Source of the DNA: Tubulanus polymorphus
Taxonomy: Eukaryota; Animalia; Nemertea
DNA length: 64,000 nt
Direction: 5' to 3'
Assembly (NCBI RefSeq): GCF_964204645.1
Contig: NC_134026.1
Coordinates: 14,666,150-14,730,149 of the forward strand
In this document: positions 52,300-61,966 of the stretch, piece by piece
Layout: each line of letters opens with the position of its first letter
Numbering within the stretch: position 1 is the stretch's first letter
The notes under the pieces: generated by a model
The model's database searches: none
The model's input: the letters and a program-made list of their open reading frames with translations, nothing else
What the model was told of the DNA's origin: nothing
Position numbers and translations under genes: made by a program

Positions 52300-53415
52300 A
52301 TGATGAAAAAAGAACAATATTTAAGAGAGTTATATTATAACCCAGAAAGTGAAGTATCATATTCTAACGTTTCAGAATTATGGAATAAAATTAAATCTGA
52401 TAATAGCAATGGTGCCGTACGGCACCCACACGGTGATATAAAATATAATGAATTAAAATCATGGTTACAAAATCAACCAACATATCAAATTCATAAAAAG
52501 ATGGATAAAAAATATTTAACAAGAAAAGTTATGGTTTCATATATCGATCAGCAATGGCAAGCTGATTTAATTGACATGAAAAACTTAGAAGAATATAACA
52601 AAGGATATTTTTGGATACTAAATGTTATAGATATATTCAGTAGATACGCATGGAGTATCCCGATTAAAAATAAAACTGGTATAGAAGTTACAAATTCTTT
52701 CAAATTAATATTTAAAGAAGCTATCCCAGATAAAATACAATTTGATGAAGGTAAAGAATTTTACAACAAACATTTTAAAAAACTATTAACTGATAACGAT
52801 GTAGAATATTTTTCAACACATTCAGATAAAAAAGCATCTGTTATAGAAAGATTTAATAAAACATTGAAAACTAGAATGTGGAAATATTTCACCGCTAATG
52901 AAACATATAAATATATCGATGTGTTAGATGATTTAGTTAAAGGTTATAATAATTCTAAACATAGTTCTATAAATATGAAACCTATACAAGCTAGAAAAGA
53001 AGAAAATTCAGAAATAGTTTGGAATAATTTATATGGAGCATTTGTTACACATGATTTTGGAGAACCTAAATTTAAAATAGGACAACATGTTAGAATTTCT
53101 AAATATAGAAAAACATTTTATAAAGGTTATACCCCTAATTTTACAGAAGAAATATTCAAGATTAAAAAGATAATATTAACTAAACCTTTTGTTTATAAAT
53201 TGTTTGATTTAAAAGATGAAGAAATATTAGGTTATTTTTATGAACAAGAATTATCATTAGTACCAAATCCAGATGAAATAGAATACAAAATAGAAAAAGT
53301 ATTGAAAACAAAAACTCTTAAAGGAAAAAAGTATTCTTTGGTGAAATATAAAGGATATGATGATAAATTTAATGAATGGATTTTATCTAGTAAAATTAAA
53401 AGAATAAATGAATAA
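52300..53415 (+). CDS. Retroviral-like (rve) integrase with C-terminal chromodomain
   Basis: WQADLIDM (D), IQFDEGKEF (D), SVIERFNKTLK (E); YKIEKVL...YSLVKYKGYDDKFNEWI chromodomain. Confidence 0.95.
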   Translation: MMKKEQYLRELYYNPESEVSYSNVSELWNKIKSDNSNGAVRHPHGDIKYNELKSWLQNQPTYQIHKKMDKKYLTRKVMVSYIDQQWQADLIDMKNLEEYNKGYFWILNVIDIFSRYAWSIPIKNKTGIEVTNSFKLIFKEAIPDKIQFDEGKEFYNKHFKKLLTDNDVEYFSTHSDKKASVIERFNKTLKTRMWKYFTANETYKYIDVLDDLVKGYNNSKHSSINMKPIQARKEENSEIVWNNLYGAFVTHDFGEPKFKIGQHVRISKYRKTFYKGYTPNFTEEIFKIKKIILTKPFVYKLFDLKDEEILGYFYEQELSLVPNPDEIEYKIEKVLKTKTLKGKKYSLVKYKGYDDKFNEWILSSKIKRINE

Positions 53416-54022
53416 AGATTTATTTATATTTGAACCACATAATATGTTAGTTACTGGAGTTACAAATTGTGGTAAAACACACTTCATATTAGATTTGTTA
53501 GAAACTATTTATAAAAATCATTTTGATAATATAATATTATTCTGCCCAACTTATGAAATGAATGAAACGTATAATAGAGATATAGTTTTTAAAGATAAAA
53601 AGTTTATTATATTAAATTCTAAAACAGTGAAAGATAATTTAGATAATTGTATAAAAATTGCATTAGATATTTATAAAGGATCTAATACATTATTTATTAT
53701 TGATGATTGCGCAAATTTACATGATTCTAAAATTAGAGAAAGTGAGTTATGTTATTTAGCTTTCTCTGGTAGACATTTTGGGATAACAACATGGGTTTTA
53801 AATCAGAAATATAATTCAATTGTGAAAGATTTTAGAGAGAATATAAGATTTCTAGTTTTATTCTACAACAAAGATAGAAAATCTATGCAACAATCATTGG
53901 AAGAAAATCAAATTATACCTACTGAATTACATGATGAATATATGAATAAATTAAAAAATAATAAAGGTTCCAAATTACTTATGAGATTACAATTTCCATA
54001 TGAATATAAATTTATAAAATAA
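53408..54022 (+). CDS. A32/FtsK-like genome packaging ATPase
   Basis: Walker A GVTNCGKT, Walker B FIIDD, SGRH arginine motif, NQKY. Confidence 0.9.
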   Translation: MNKDLFIFEPHNMLVTGVTNCGKTHFILDLLETIYKNHFDNIILFCPTYEMNETYNRDIVFKDKKFIILNSKTVKDNLDNCIKIALDIYKGSNTLFIIDDCANLHDSKIRESELCYLAFSGRHFGITTWVLNQKYNSIVKDFRENIRFLVLFYNKDRKSMQQSLEENQIIPTELHDEYMNKLKNNKGSKLLMRLQFPYEYKFIK

Positions 54023-54039
54023 CTATTTGTATACCTATG

Positions 54040-54125
54040 TATTAGATACCCTAATACCTGATACCCTAATACCTAATACCCTAATACCTGATACCCTAAT
54101 ACCTGATACCCTATTAGATACCTTA
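54040..54125. repeat. Short tandem repeat (ATACCCTAATACCTG-like) at the junction of convergent gene blocks
   Basis: Repeated ATACC(C)T(A/G) units read directly. Confidence 0.8.
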
Positions 54126-54181
54126 AATAATTTAAACCCCCTTTTTTATTTACTATTATTTTATACAATTTTCAACCTTTA

Positions 54182-55147
54182 TTATTCGAGTTTTAGATAA
54201 TCAATTTCTGAATCACTTTCACTATCAGACGGCTCTAACAACATATTTAAATGCTCTACCGAATCTACATCAACATCTTTATAATTTTTTTTCACCTTTT
54301 TCACCTTTTTCACCTTTTTCATATTTTTTACTAAATCATCAATAGTTGTTTCATTTTTAAACTTATTCTTCCAATCAAATTTATTATTATTTTCTACTTT
54401 AAGTTTTATAGAATCTTTATTATCAATATGTTTAACTGTAACTATATCATCATGTGGGTGTATGGCACCATTTTCATTATCATCTTTATTAGTGTTTGAT
54501 CCTAATATTTCATTTACAGTGTTTGATCCTAATATTTCATTAGCATCGGTTAAATCTAATTCATCTTTATTAGGTGTTGCTAATAAAAAATCTTCATATA
54601 ATTCTTTACCATTTACTTTTTTATTTGAAACAAACTTTGTAACATATCTAAATGGGTGTTCTATAAATTCTCTTAAACCAACACGTTCTATAACATTAGT
54701 AATATGTGAATTTGTATTCATATGTTTATTCCAATTTGATGGAGCGTTTGAAAATTCACCATTACAATAATCACAATAATTTCTATTTTCACTAACATTT
54801 AATATTATTGCATTATTATATGTAGAAGGTATTATATTATTTGATGTAGAGGGTATTACAGATGTAGAAGGTATTATGTTATTAGATGTAGAAGGTATTA
54901 CGTTATTAGATGTAGAAGGTATCACATTATTAGATGTAGAAGGTATTACATTATTATCAATTACATTACTTAAATTATCAACAACACCACTTTTATTATT
55001 ATCGATTTCTATCAGTTTAGTTTTATAATTTTTAAAAATAGGATCAAATATCAAAGCTATATTACAAGGTATTACATAATATAAACCATCATTATTTTCA
55101 TGTGTATCGATGTATGGAATATGTTTATATACTTTACCTCCTTCCAT
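54182..55147 (-). CDS. Polinton hypothetical protein with C2H2-like zinc finger and low-complexity repeats
   Basis: CDYC...HMNTNSH; ~6x NNVIPSTS, 2x NEILGSNT, KKV repeats, acidic tail. Confidence 0.7.
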   Translation of the reverse strand: MEGGKVYKHIPYIDTHENNDGLYYVIPCNIALIFDPIFKNYKTKLIEIDNNKSGVVDNLSNVIDNNVIPSTSNNVIPSTSNNVIPSTSNNIIPSTSVIPSTSNNIIPSTYNNAIILNVSENRNYCDYCNGEFSNAPSNWNKHMNTNSHITNVIERVGLREFIEHPFRYVTKFVSNKKVNGKELYEDFLLATPNKDELDLTDANEILGSNTVNEILGSNTNKDDNENGAIHPHDDIVTVKHIDNKDSIKLKVENNNKFDWKNKFKNETTIDDLVKNMKKVKKVKKVKKNYKDVDVDSVEHLNMLLEPSDSESDSEIDYLKLE

Positions 55148-55179
55148 TTATTATATATATTTTTATTAAAGTTAAAATT

Positions 55180-56427
55180 CTAATACATAACACTATCTAA
55201 TTGTGAATTTATAATATCTAATTGTGCGTCAGATATAATATAAATGTGCATTTTAAAATTTTTGATTCCCTTTTTCTTTGTCATGAATAATTGTATTCCA
55301 TCTTTTGTATTTTGTAATTTTTTCCCAGAACCATGTAATGAATTATCTTCAGTTGTTCTAAAATCTAACCATAATGCATATTTATTACCGGTATAATAAT
55401 CAATTTGATTAATATTACAATTTTCAGATGATTTTACTTTTTCATTCATAAAATGTTTTCTAATTTCTGGCCATTGATTTATCATTCTCATTCCTTGACA
55501 AAATATTTTATTTGCTATTCCTTCGATAGTTATTTCTACTTTTGTTATTTCAGGATTATAATAATTATCAACATTTATTGCGCCATTAGTATACGTTCCA
55601 ATGGTAAAAAATATTAATATACCTTTAATAGATCTTCTAGGGAAGTTAATATTCTCGTTAATTATTTCATCATTTGCATTAATAGTTACAGTTTTAAATT
55701 TATCAATATAATCATATAATAATGAAAATCCTTGATTGTATTTAGTTTGAATTATACTTGAAATATTTTCATCAGTTACTGTATCATATTCTAAACATAT
55801 ATTCGATAATTTATAACTCATATCTTTATTAACACTAGATATTACAATTTCATTTACAGGAGCAAATGTTATCTCAAATATAATATCTTCTTGAATTGCG
55901 TATTTATATAAAGGTGCATTATTATTTATCAATTCAAAGTCTAATGGAATTTTATATTTGCTTCCATATATACTTTTTATTAATTTATCTACATCATTAG
56001 TTAATATTGCGCTATTAGCTTCTGATCTTAATTTATTTTGGTTTTCTGATTGGATGCCTTGAAATATCATATTATTTCTATTTTCTTTAGTTAACCATAA
56101 ATCTTTATAATGCATAAATAAATTATAATCATCTAATGAGAAAACTGTTTCTGGACCAATCTTTATTGTTAACTTTTTAATCAAATATCTTCCAACATTA
56201 TCAACAACATAATTATTATTATTACCGATTACTTTTATATCAGCGGATAAATAAATACTATTTGGAACATAAAAAGTATTTTGTGTTAATCGAGGGATTC
56301 TAACGTATAAAGTTTCATCGGGATTAATATTTGAAGGGTTATGAGTAATTATATGATGTGATCTTTCTGCTTTAATAGCATTAGATATTCTATGATTCTT
56401 CGAAGGATTGATATAACTCCCACTCAT
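55180..56427 (-). CDS. Major capsid protein (double jelly-roll, hexon-like), putative
   Basis: 415 aa, beta-strand rich; NPSNINPDETLYVRIP, L.NICLEYD, YYNPEITKVEITIEG, YALWLDFRT..HGSG pattern typical of Polinton MCPs; context. Confidence 0.8.
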   Translation of the reverse strand: MSGSYINPSKNHRISNAIKAERSHHIITHNPSNINPDETLYVRIPRLTQNTFYVPNSIYLSADIKVIGNNNNYVVDNVGRYLIKKLTIKIGPETVFSLDDYNLFMHYKDLWLTKENRNNMIFQGIQSENQNKLRSEANSAILTNDVDKLIKSIYGSKYKIPLDFELINNNAPLYKYAIQEDIIFEITFAPVNEIVISSVNKDMSYKLSNICLEYDTVTDENISSIIQTKYNQGFSLLYDYIDKFKTVTINANDEIINENINFPRRSIKGILIFFTIGTYTNGAINVDNYYNPEITKVEITIEGIANKIFCQGMRMINQWPEIRKHFMNEKVKSSENCNINQIDYYTGNKYALWLDFRTTEDNSLHGSGKKLQNTKDGIQLFMTKKKGIKNFKMHIYIISDAQLDIINSQLDSVMY

Positions 56428-56447
56428 TTATTTAACAAAAAAATTAA

Positions 56448-57899
56448 TTATTTATTTTTTATCATGTTTACTAACCCAAAAATAATAGCACTTACAACTG
56501 TAATTAAAAATAAAATAATATGTTCAGCAGCAAAGTTAATAATGTTTCCTGCAGATTTCAATATAAAACCAACAATTGAAGCAATAACTCCTGGCAATGC
56601 TGCAGCAGATTTCTTTGATAGTTCCCATAAATATTTTGCTAATTTCTTTAAACCATCTTTAACTTTATCTTGTATAGAATTATTGCCTGGAGGTTTATCT
56701 GGTTTATTGGGAGTAGGAGTAGATTTCAAAGCATTTGATATAGCTAAACCAATTGTTGTAAATAACATAGTTACAGCTGTTACAATTGAAAGAATTGTTA
56801 TTCCTTCTAACTTAAATAATAACTTTATTCTGTCTTTTAATGATATTTCAGAATTTGGTTTAATCAACAAATCTTTAAAAATAACTTTTAATCTATTTAT
56901 ATTATAATCATATGATTTTGATAATAATTTAATTTCTTCTTTTTGTAATTCTATGTTATATTCTAAATCATCTATTTCTTTTTCTAAATATGCATTTCTT
57001 TTTTTAAATTCAATTTCTTCAATAACTTTATTATCTCTATCTAATTTTAGTTGTTCTATTTTTTTATTTTTATCAATTAATTCTTTTTCTAAAGTTCTAA
57101 TTTTAAAATCTCTTATACTTTTATCATGTGCAATTTTATCAGATGCAAGTCTTATACTAATAATTTCTCTAATTGCTTTGTCAGAAAATATATCTAAATC
57201 TTCTAATTCTTGATCTGTTGCATCAAGTAACCCATTCGGTAAAAGTTTTTCAATTGGAACTTTATTTGATTTAAGTTTACTAGTTTTGGAAGTTTTATTC
57301 TGTTCAGAAGTTGTTTCTGTTTCTAAATTATTATCGATTATTTCAAATAATTCATTAATTCTTTGTTTGAATTCTTTTCTATTATTATCTCTTTCTTCTT
57401 GTGTAACATCAGTTATTTCATTTCTAATACTTATTCTCTTAATTCTATCTGGTTCTAACTTAAGCAAAGTTGATTCTGCTAATATTATATTTTGAGTTTT
57501 ATAAGAGATGTCAATATAATAATCATCTTTCAATTTATTATAATATTCACCATCTAAATATTTTAAATCTTGTACTAAATGTCTGGCGCCTCTGTAATTT
57601 ATATTATATCCAGATTTTTTAAATACATCTTGAAACTTATAAATATATTCAATATTTTCTAAATTTTGTCTTGATAAACCTTGATTTTCATTTTCAGGAT
57701 TTATTCTCGATCTAGTTCTTCTATCAAATTCATCTGTTGATGGGGCTTTAGAACCACTATCTGCTAAATTAGAATTATATGCTGATTCATCATCATTATC
57801 AATATTAGCGTCTGCATCATTATAATCATCATCAATATATCCTTCATTATTATTTCCCATGTCATCCAATGGAATATCTTCTCCACCTTCTACATCCAT
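56448..57899 (-). CDS. Polinton coiled-coil protein with C-terminal amphipathic/TM helices (candidate membrane-active virion protein)
   Basis: 483 aa; acidic N-terminus, coiled coil, EGITILSIVTAV, AALPGVIASIVGFILK, terminal TM. Confidence 0.75.
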   Translation of the reverse strand: MDVEGGEDIPLDDMGNNNEGYIDDDYNDADANIDNDDESAYNSNLADSGSKAPSTDEFDRRTRSRINPENENQGLSRQNLENIEYIYKFQDVFKKSGYNINYRGARHLVQDLKYLDGEYYNKLKDDYYIDISYKTQNIILAESTLLKLEPDRIKRISIRNEITDVTQEERDNNRKEFKQRINELFEIIDNNLETETTSEQNKTSKTSKLKSNKVPIEKLLPNGLLDATDQELEDLDIFSDKAIREIISIRLASDKIAHDKSIRDFKIRTLEKELIDKNKKIEQLKLDRDNKVIEEIEFKKRNAYLEKEIDDLEYNIELQKEEIKLLSKSYDYNINRLKVIFKDLLIKPNSEISLKDRIKLLFKLEGITILSIVTAVTMLFTTIGLAISNALKSTPTPNKPDKPPGNNSIQDKVKDGLKKLAKYLWELSKKSAAALPGVIASIVGFILKSAGNIINFAAEHIILFLITVVSAIIFGLVNMIKNK

Positions 57900-57915
57900 T
57901 TACATAATAAAAAAA

Positions 57916-59325
57916 TTAAAATTTAAAATATAATATTCCTCCGATTACAATTCCTATACAAGTTATAGCTAATTTAGTATTTTCATGGGATTTATTATCA
58001 TCATTTAGTTTAATTATATCATGTTGAATTTTATCAGTTCTATTATCACCGTGTGGGTGCCGTACGGCACCATTTTCTGATGTATTGTAATCTTTTATTT
58101 TAGAATCATTATTTAATTTAATATTCTTAGTTTTAGTTTCAGTTGATTGAATATGTTTTTTATTTTTTTCACCTTCCATTAATTTTCGAGCAGTAATAAT
58201 CTTTTTATTTATATCATTTAATCCAAATGAATTATTTATTGTTGCAGTTTTAATTAGATTATTATAACCAATTATGTTTCCCATCTTTAATACTAAATCA
58301 TTAGAAATAATTAATAGATTAGGGCCTATACAATAATTTAGTCTTACATGAGATTTATCTAAATAATTTTGATATCTTATAATGTTTTCTGGAATCGATC
58401 TATTTTTATCATTATGAATTGAATCTTCAAATAAAACTTTAAATTGTTTCTGTGTATCAAATGATGTATTCAAATTTCCAATTATCGGTGATCTTGTTTC
58501 AACTTGTGATCCTAGAATACAATTCAAATAAATTCAAATAGATTGATTTATTCTTTCTATACCTGATTTAGTAAAACCTTCACTATTTTCTAAAATAAAA
58601 TAAACCCAACCATTATTGTTTTCTTGTTTTAAATTATCATAAAATCTTGGTAATTTATTGAAATTTAATGTTTCTAAATCCTTTGTTTCTATTTTACCAT
58701 AACCTAATTTATTATTATAGATATTATAAAAACTATTAGATGGTATGGGAAGTGCACAATATTCTGCAATCTTTCTAGGGCATGGAAGTGATCTTATTGT
58801 TCCAATTTTTGTTCTAAAATCAGAATTATTTATATCTATATTAAATTCATTGCAAATTTTATAAAACTTAGATAAATTAATATTATTATCTAATTCTTTA
58901 AAATATCTAGATCCTGGTAAAGCACACTCTAATTCATTTAATATTATTCTGATTTGAAAGTATGTATGAAATCTAAATAAACTTTGAATTAGTTTATATT
59001 TAGAATTATTCAAATGATCATTCCAACTTATACCACATCCTGTTGTTGCACAATAAACAGCAAAATTTAATTGGTTCTGCCAATACTTCATATTAGATTT
59101 TAATAACCATTGTTTTTCATCTTTCAATTTTTTAAAATTAATTAAATATACATGAAATATATTTTCCATCTTTGCATTAAAATTATTAGTTTCAGTAACA
59201 TAAATTTCTAAATTAGTTAATGAATCTAAAACTTCATTTCTATATGTAATATCTTTATTAAAATCTATTGCTGGAATATTATATTTAATTGATTTATTGT
59301 ATTGGAAAGCTTTTGGAAACCCCAT
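57916..59325 (-). pseudogene. Single ~470-codon Polinton conserved gene interrupted by an in-frame TGA (track ORFs 58534-59325 + 57916-58527)
   Basis: The two ORFs are in the same frame: INQSI*IYLNCILG; the paralogous scrap at ~28515 has AGA (NQSIRLY); motif WQNQLNFAVYCATTGCGIS. Confidence 0.8.
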
Positions 59326-59353
59326 TTATATAACTAAAAAATTAATAATTAAC

Positions 59354-59776
59354 TTATTCTTTTAATAATTTATCTTGTTCTTCAACTGTTATATGACCAT
59401 TTAAACTTATGATATAATCTAGTGTGTTCTTTAATTTATTAATTTCTTTTATATTAGTTTTAATTTTTTCTTTATTACTTTTTATATTTAATTTTGAACT
59501 TATACCAGTTAAAACACTTGAACTTAATCCTAACACACCAATTGATATAGCTAAAGGTGTTAATGGACTGAATATTGCTAGAAATGTTATTACAGAACTA
59601 ATTGTAACCGAACCACTTATAATCAAATAATATATAATTTTACTTTTTAAATATTTTTTCTTTTTTATCTTTAAGTCACTTTCAAATTCTAATATTTGTT
59701 TTTCTAAATATGTTTTTAATTTAGTTTTATTTATATCATGAGGAATAATATCAATACTATCAACTTTATCTTCCAT
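59354..59776 (-). CDS. Polinton two-TM small protein
   Basis: 140 aa; two hydrophobic helices flanked by Lys-rich coiled segments; TAAATG start. Confidence 0.75.
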   Translation of the reverse strand: MEDKVDSIDIIPHDINKTKLKTYLEKQILEFESDLKIKKKKYLKSKIIYYLIISGSVTISSVITFLAIFSPLTPLAISIGVLGLSSSVLTGISSKLNIKSNKEKIKTNIKEINKLKNTLDYIISLNGHITVEEQDKLLKE

Positions 59777-59795
59777 TTATTTAGAATAAAAATTA

Positions 59796-60218
59796 CTAAT
59801 TAGTAAACTTATAAGCAACAAATATAACAATAACTGTTCCACCTAAAATCCATATTATTTCATATTTCTGTTGTTCTTTACTTGGGGTATAATAATCTGA
59901 TAATTTAGGTTTGTACAGATGTAATTTTTCTTTATTGGTTACTGCGTTATATAAACTCATTGCATCATCAACTGATTGAAAATCTCTGTGTGAAATCTTC
60001 TGATCATATAATTCTTTATTGATGTAATCCATATAGTTTTGTCTCTTTTCTCTATATTCTTCTGCAGCTTTATTGTATTTCTGTAACGCTAAGTTATGTC
60101 TTCTTTGTTCTCCTAATGAACTATTTTTATCAATATGTTTAAATAAATATCCACCACCAGTAAATGCTAAAGCGTTAACAATTGCTGATCCTATAATAGT
60201 TATAATTGCAGAAGCCAT
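59796..60218 (-). CDS. Polinton conserved small membrane-associated protein
   Basis: MASAIITIIGSAIVNALAFTGGGYLF...EQRRHNLALQK...PKLSDYYTPS + C-terminal TM; decayed homolog at 41287-41710. Confidence 0.8.
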   Translation of the reverse strand: MASAIITIIGSAIVNALAFTGGGYLFKHIDKNSSLGEQRRHNLALQKYNKAAEEYREKRQNYMDYINKELYDQKISHRDFQSVDDAMSLYNAVTNKEKLHLYKPKLSDYYTPSKEQQKYEIIWILGGTVIVIFVAYKFTN

Positions 60219-60229
60219 TTATTTAGCAA

Positions 60230-60462
60230 AAAATTATACATTTATATGGGAGGAATATATTTTTGTTTTTCCAAATAATCAATAGTTAAATTAGATAAAG
60301 TAACTGCTAATGTTAATTTCAAAATATCATTGATATCAAATCTATCAACATTAACACTTCCCATTTTGAATACTTTTTTAATACCATTGAAGAACCAACA
60401 GTTCCAACTGATAGTAATGCGCCATTATATAATCCAGTTATTATCCACTTATTATCACTCAT
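60230..60462 (-). pseudogene. Small Polinton gene missed by ORF track, frameshifted in an A-run
   Basis: TAAATG start MSDNKWIITGLYNGALLSVGTVG; continues VNVDRFDINDILKLTLAVTLSNLTIDY in another frame; homologs at ~41043-41270 and ~42700-42849. Confidence 0.7.
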
Positions 60463-60804
60463 TTATTTATCAACAAAATTACTATCATCAAAATATTTAG
60501 TTATCTTATTTGTGATTAATTCAACATTTATTTCATTACTAGTTTTATGATTATCATATATTTTGGATAATATGTTTTTAATATCATCAATAATTCCATC
60601 TTCATTTAATTCATAATATTCTAAAGGTGATTTAATTAAATCAATTACTTTTTCTATATTATACTTTTCTTTATCAATCATTGACGCATTGTTAAATGAT
60701 TTACTTTTTATATCAGTAATTACATCATTTAGTTTAATTCTCATTTCTTTACCATGTTTAAAATCAAACCCAAAACATATACTCGGTCCAACAGTTATAT
60801 TCAT
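60463..60804 (-). CDS. Polinton hypothetical protein
   Basis: 113 aa, TAAATG start; homolog remnant at ~40746. Confidence 0.7.
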   Translation of the reverse strand: MNITVGPSICFGFDFKHGKEMRIKLNDVITDIKSKSFNNASMIDKEKYNIEKVIDLIKSPLEYYELNEDGIIDDIKNILSKIYDNHKTSNEINVELITNKITKYFDDSNFVDK

Positions 60805-60821
60805 TTATATAGTGAAAAAAA

Positions 60822-61579
60822 TTACTCTCTACATCTTATAACTAATTCATAAATTACAGGGAAATTATTTAAATCAATTAAGTATCCATTATGATTTCTA
60901 ATTTCTAATCTAAAATTATTAAAACGAGGAATGCATGGTTTGAAATCACATTCTGTTAAATTATAATTTATTTGCGTTCCAAATTCTTTAACATTCTTCA
61001 ATGGTAAAATGTTTAGTAAACCAGAATTACAAGTTATATCTTTAGTTGCTTCGAATGTTTTTGTAGGATCGATTAAATTGCAATAAATATAGAAATGTGT
61101 AAAAGGCATTATATTTGGTGTAGCATCAGCATTGCGTATCCTTACATCTGGGGTTATTCCTAAAATTTTAGCTAAGGGTTTTTTAACTAGAAATTGATGT
61201 TGATCTTCATTACCTAATTTTATTCTTATTTTATCAGAACTATCACTTTTAATCAGTCTTAATCAAATCCAGCAGATGCACCCATTTTCAACCGAGCTCT
61301 TCTATTAATTTCCTGCGCTAATGTATCTAAATTATATAATCCTGGTTTAAGATAAAGATGAAACCATTTACTTTTATTTCTATCATGAATTAGAAAGACT
61401 CTATGTTCAATGGTTTTATCCGATACATTGTAAAAAGAATTACATAAACTTATATTAACTAATTTTAAATCAACACAATTCTTGAATTCTCTATCTAATT
61501 GTACTAGTAAATTATGAGATTTATAATTTGTAAGTCTTCTAGAATCAACAAATATTCTGTATTCTTTTAATTCCACCAT
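60822..61579 (-). pseudogene. Minor capsid (penton-like) protein, frameshifted at ~61260
   Basis: N-part YRIFVDS...LKPGLYNLDTL and C-part FYIYCNLID...LEIRNHNGYLIDLN; the intervening frame is open after a short TGATTAA duplication. Confidence 0.7.
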
Positions 61580-61596
61580 TTATTTTACATATTTTC

Positions 61597-61938
61597 TTAT
61601 TCGAAATCTATTTCATGGTGCCCTTTTTCATTCTTACCTTTGTATACGAAATAGAAATCTCCAGAACATAATTCTTCTAAATCTTCACTTGATAATCTAT
61701 GAAATCTATCCGGTAAATATGTTCTGAATTTATATGTATTTCCTTTTAATCCTTCATATTCTAAGTGTATAACTAATTTATCTCCATAGTTATTAGTAAC
61801 TGTATCAATATTTGTAATTAGATATTTCTTATGGATTGTTAATTCTGTTAGTTTTTTAAATTTATAATCTACAGATTTGACGCTTGAAGTATCTTTAATT
61901 CTATCTAAGAATTCACTGTGTACTTGTTTACTCTCCAT
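61597..61938 (-). CDS. Polinton small protein next to pPolB (possible OB-fold/SSB)
   Basis: 113 aa; KLTEL..KY.IT....T.YG...YLPDRF pattern; fold call is inference. Confidence 0.65.
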   Translation of the reverse strand: MESKQVHSEFLDRIKDTSSVKSVDYKFKKLTELTIHKKYLITNIDTVTNNYGDKLVIHLEYEGLKGNTYKFRTYLPDRFHRLSSEDLEELCSGDFYFVYKGKNEKGHHEIDFE

Positions 61939-61966
61939 TTATTATACAAATTTTTATTGAAATTGA

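Noticed and set aside
51909-60285. Antisense ORFs (51909-52244, 54462-54770, 56392-56907, 56953-57213, 59424-59630, 60073-60285)
   Set aside because: Shadows of real AT-rich genes on the opposite strand; no TAAATG start or recognisable motifs
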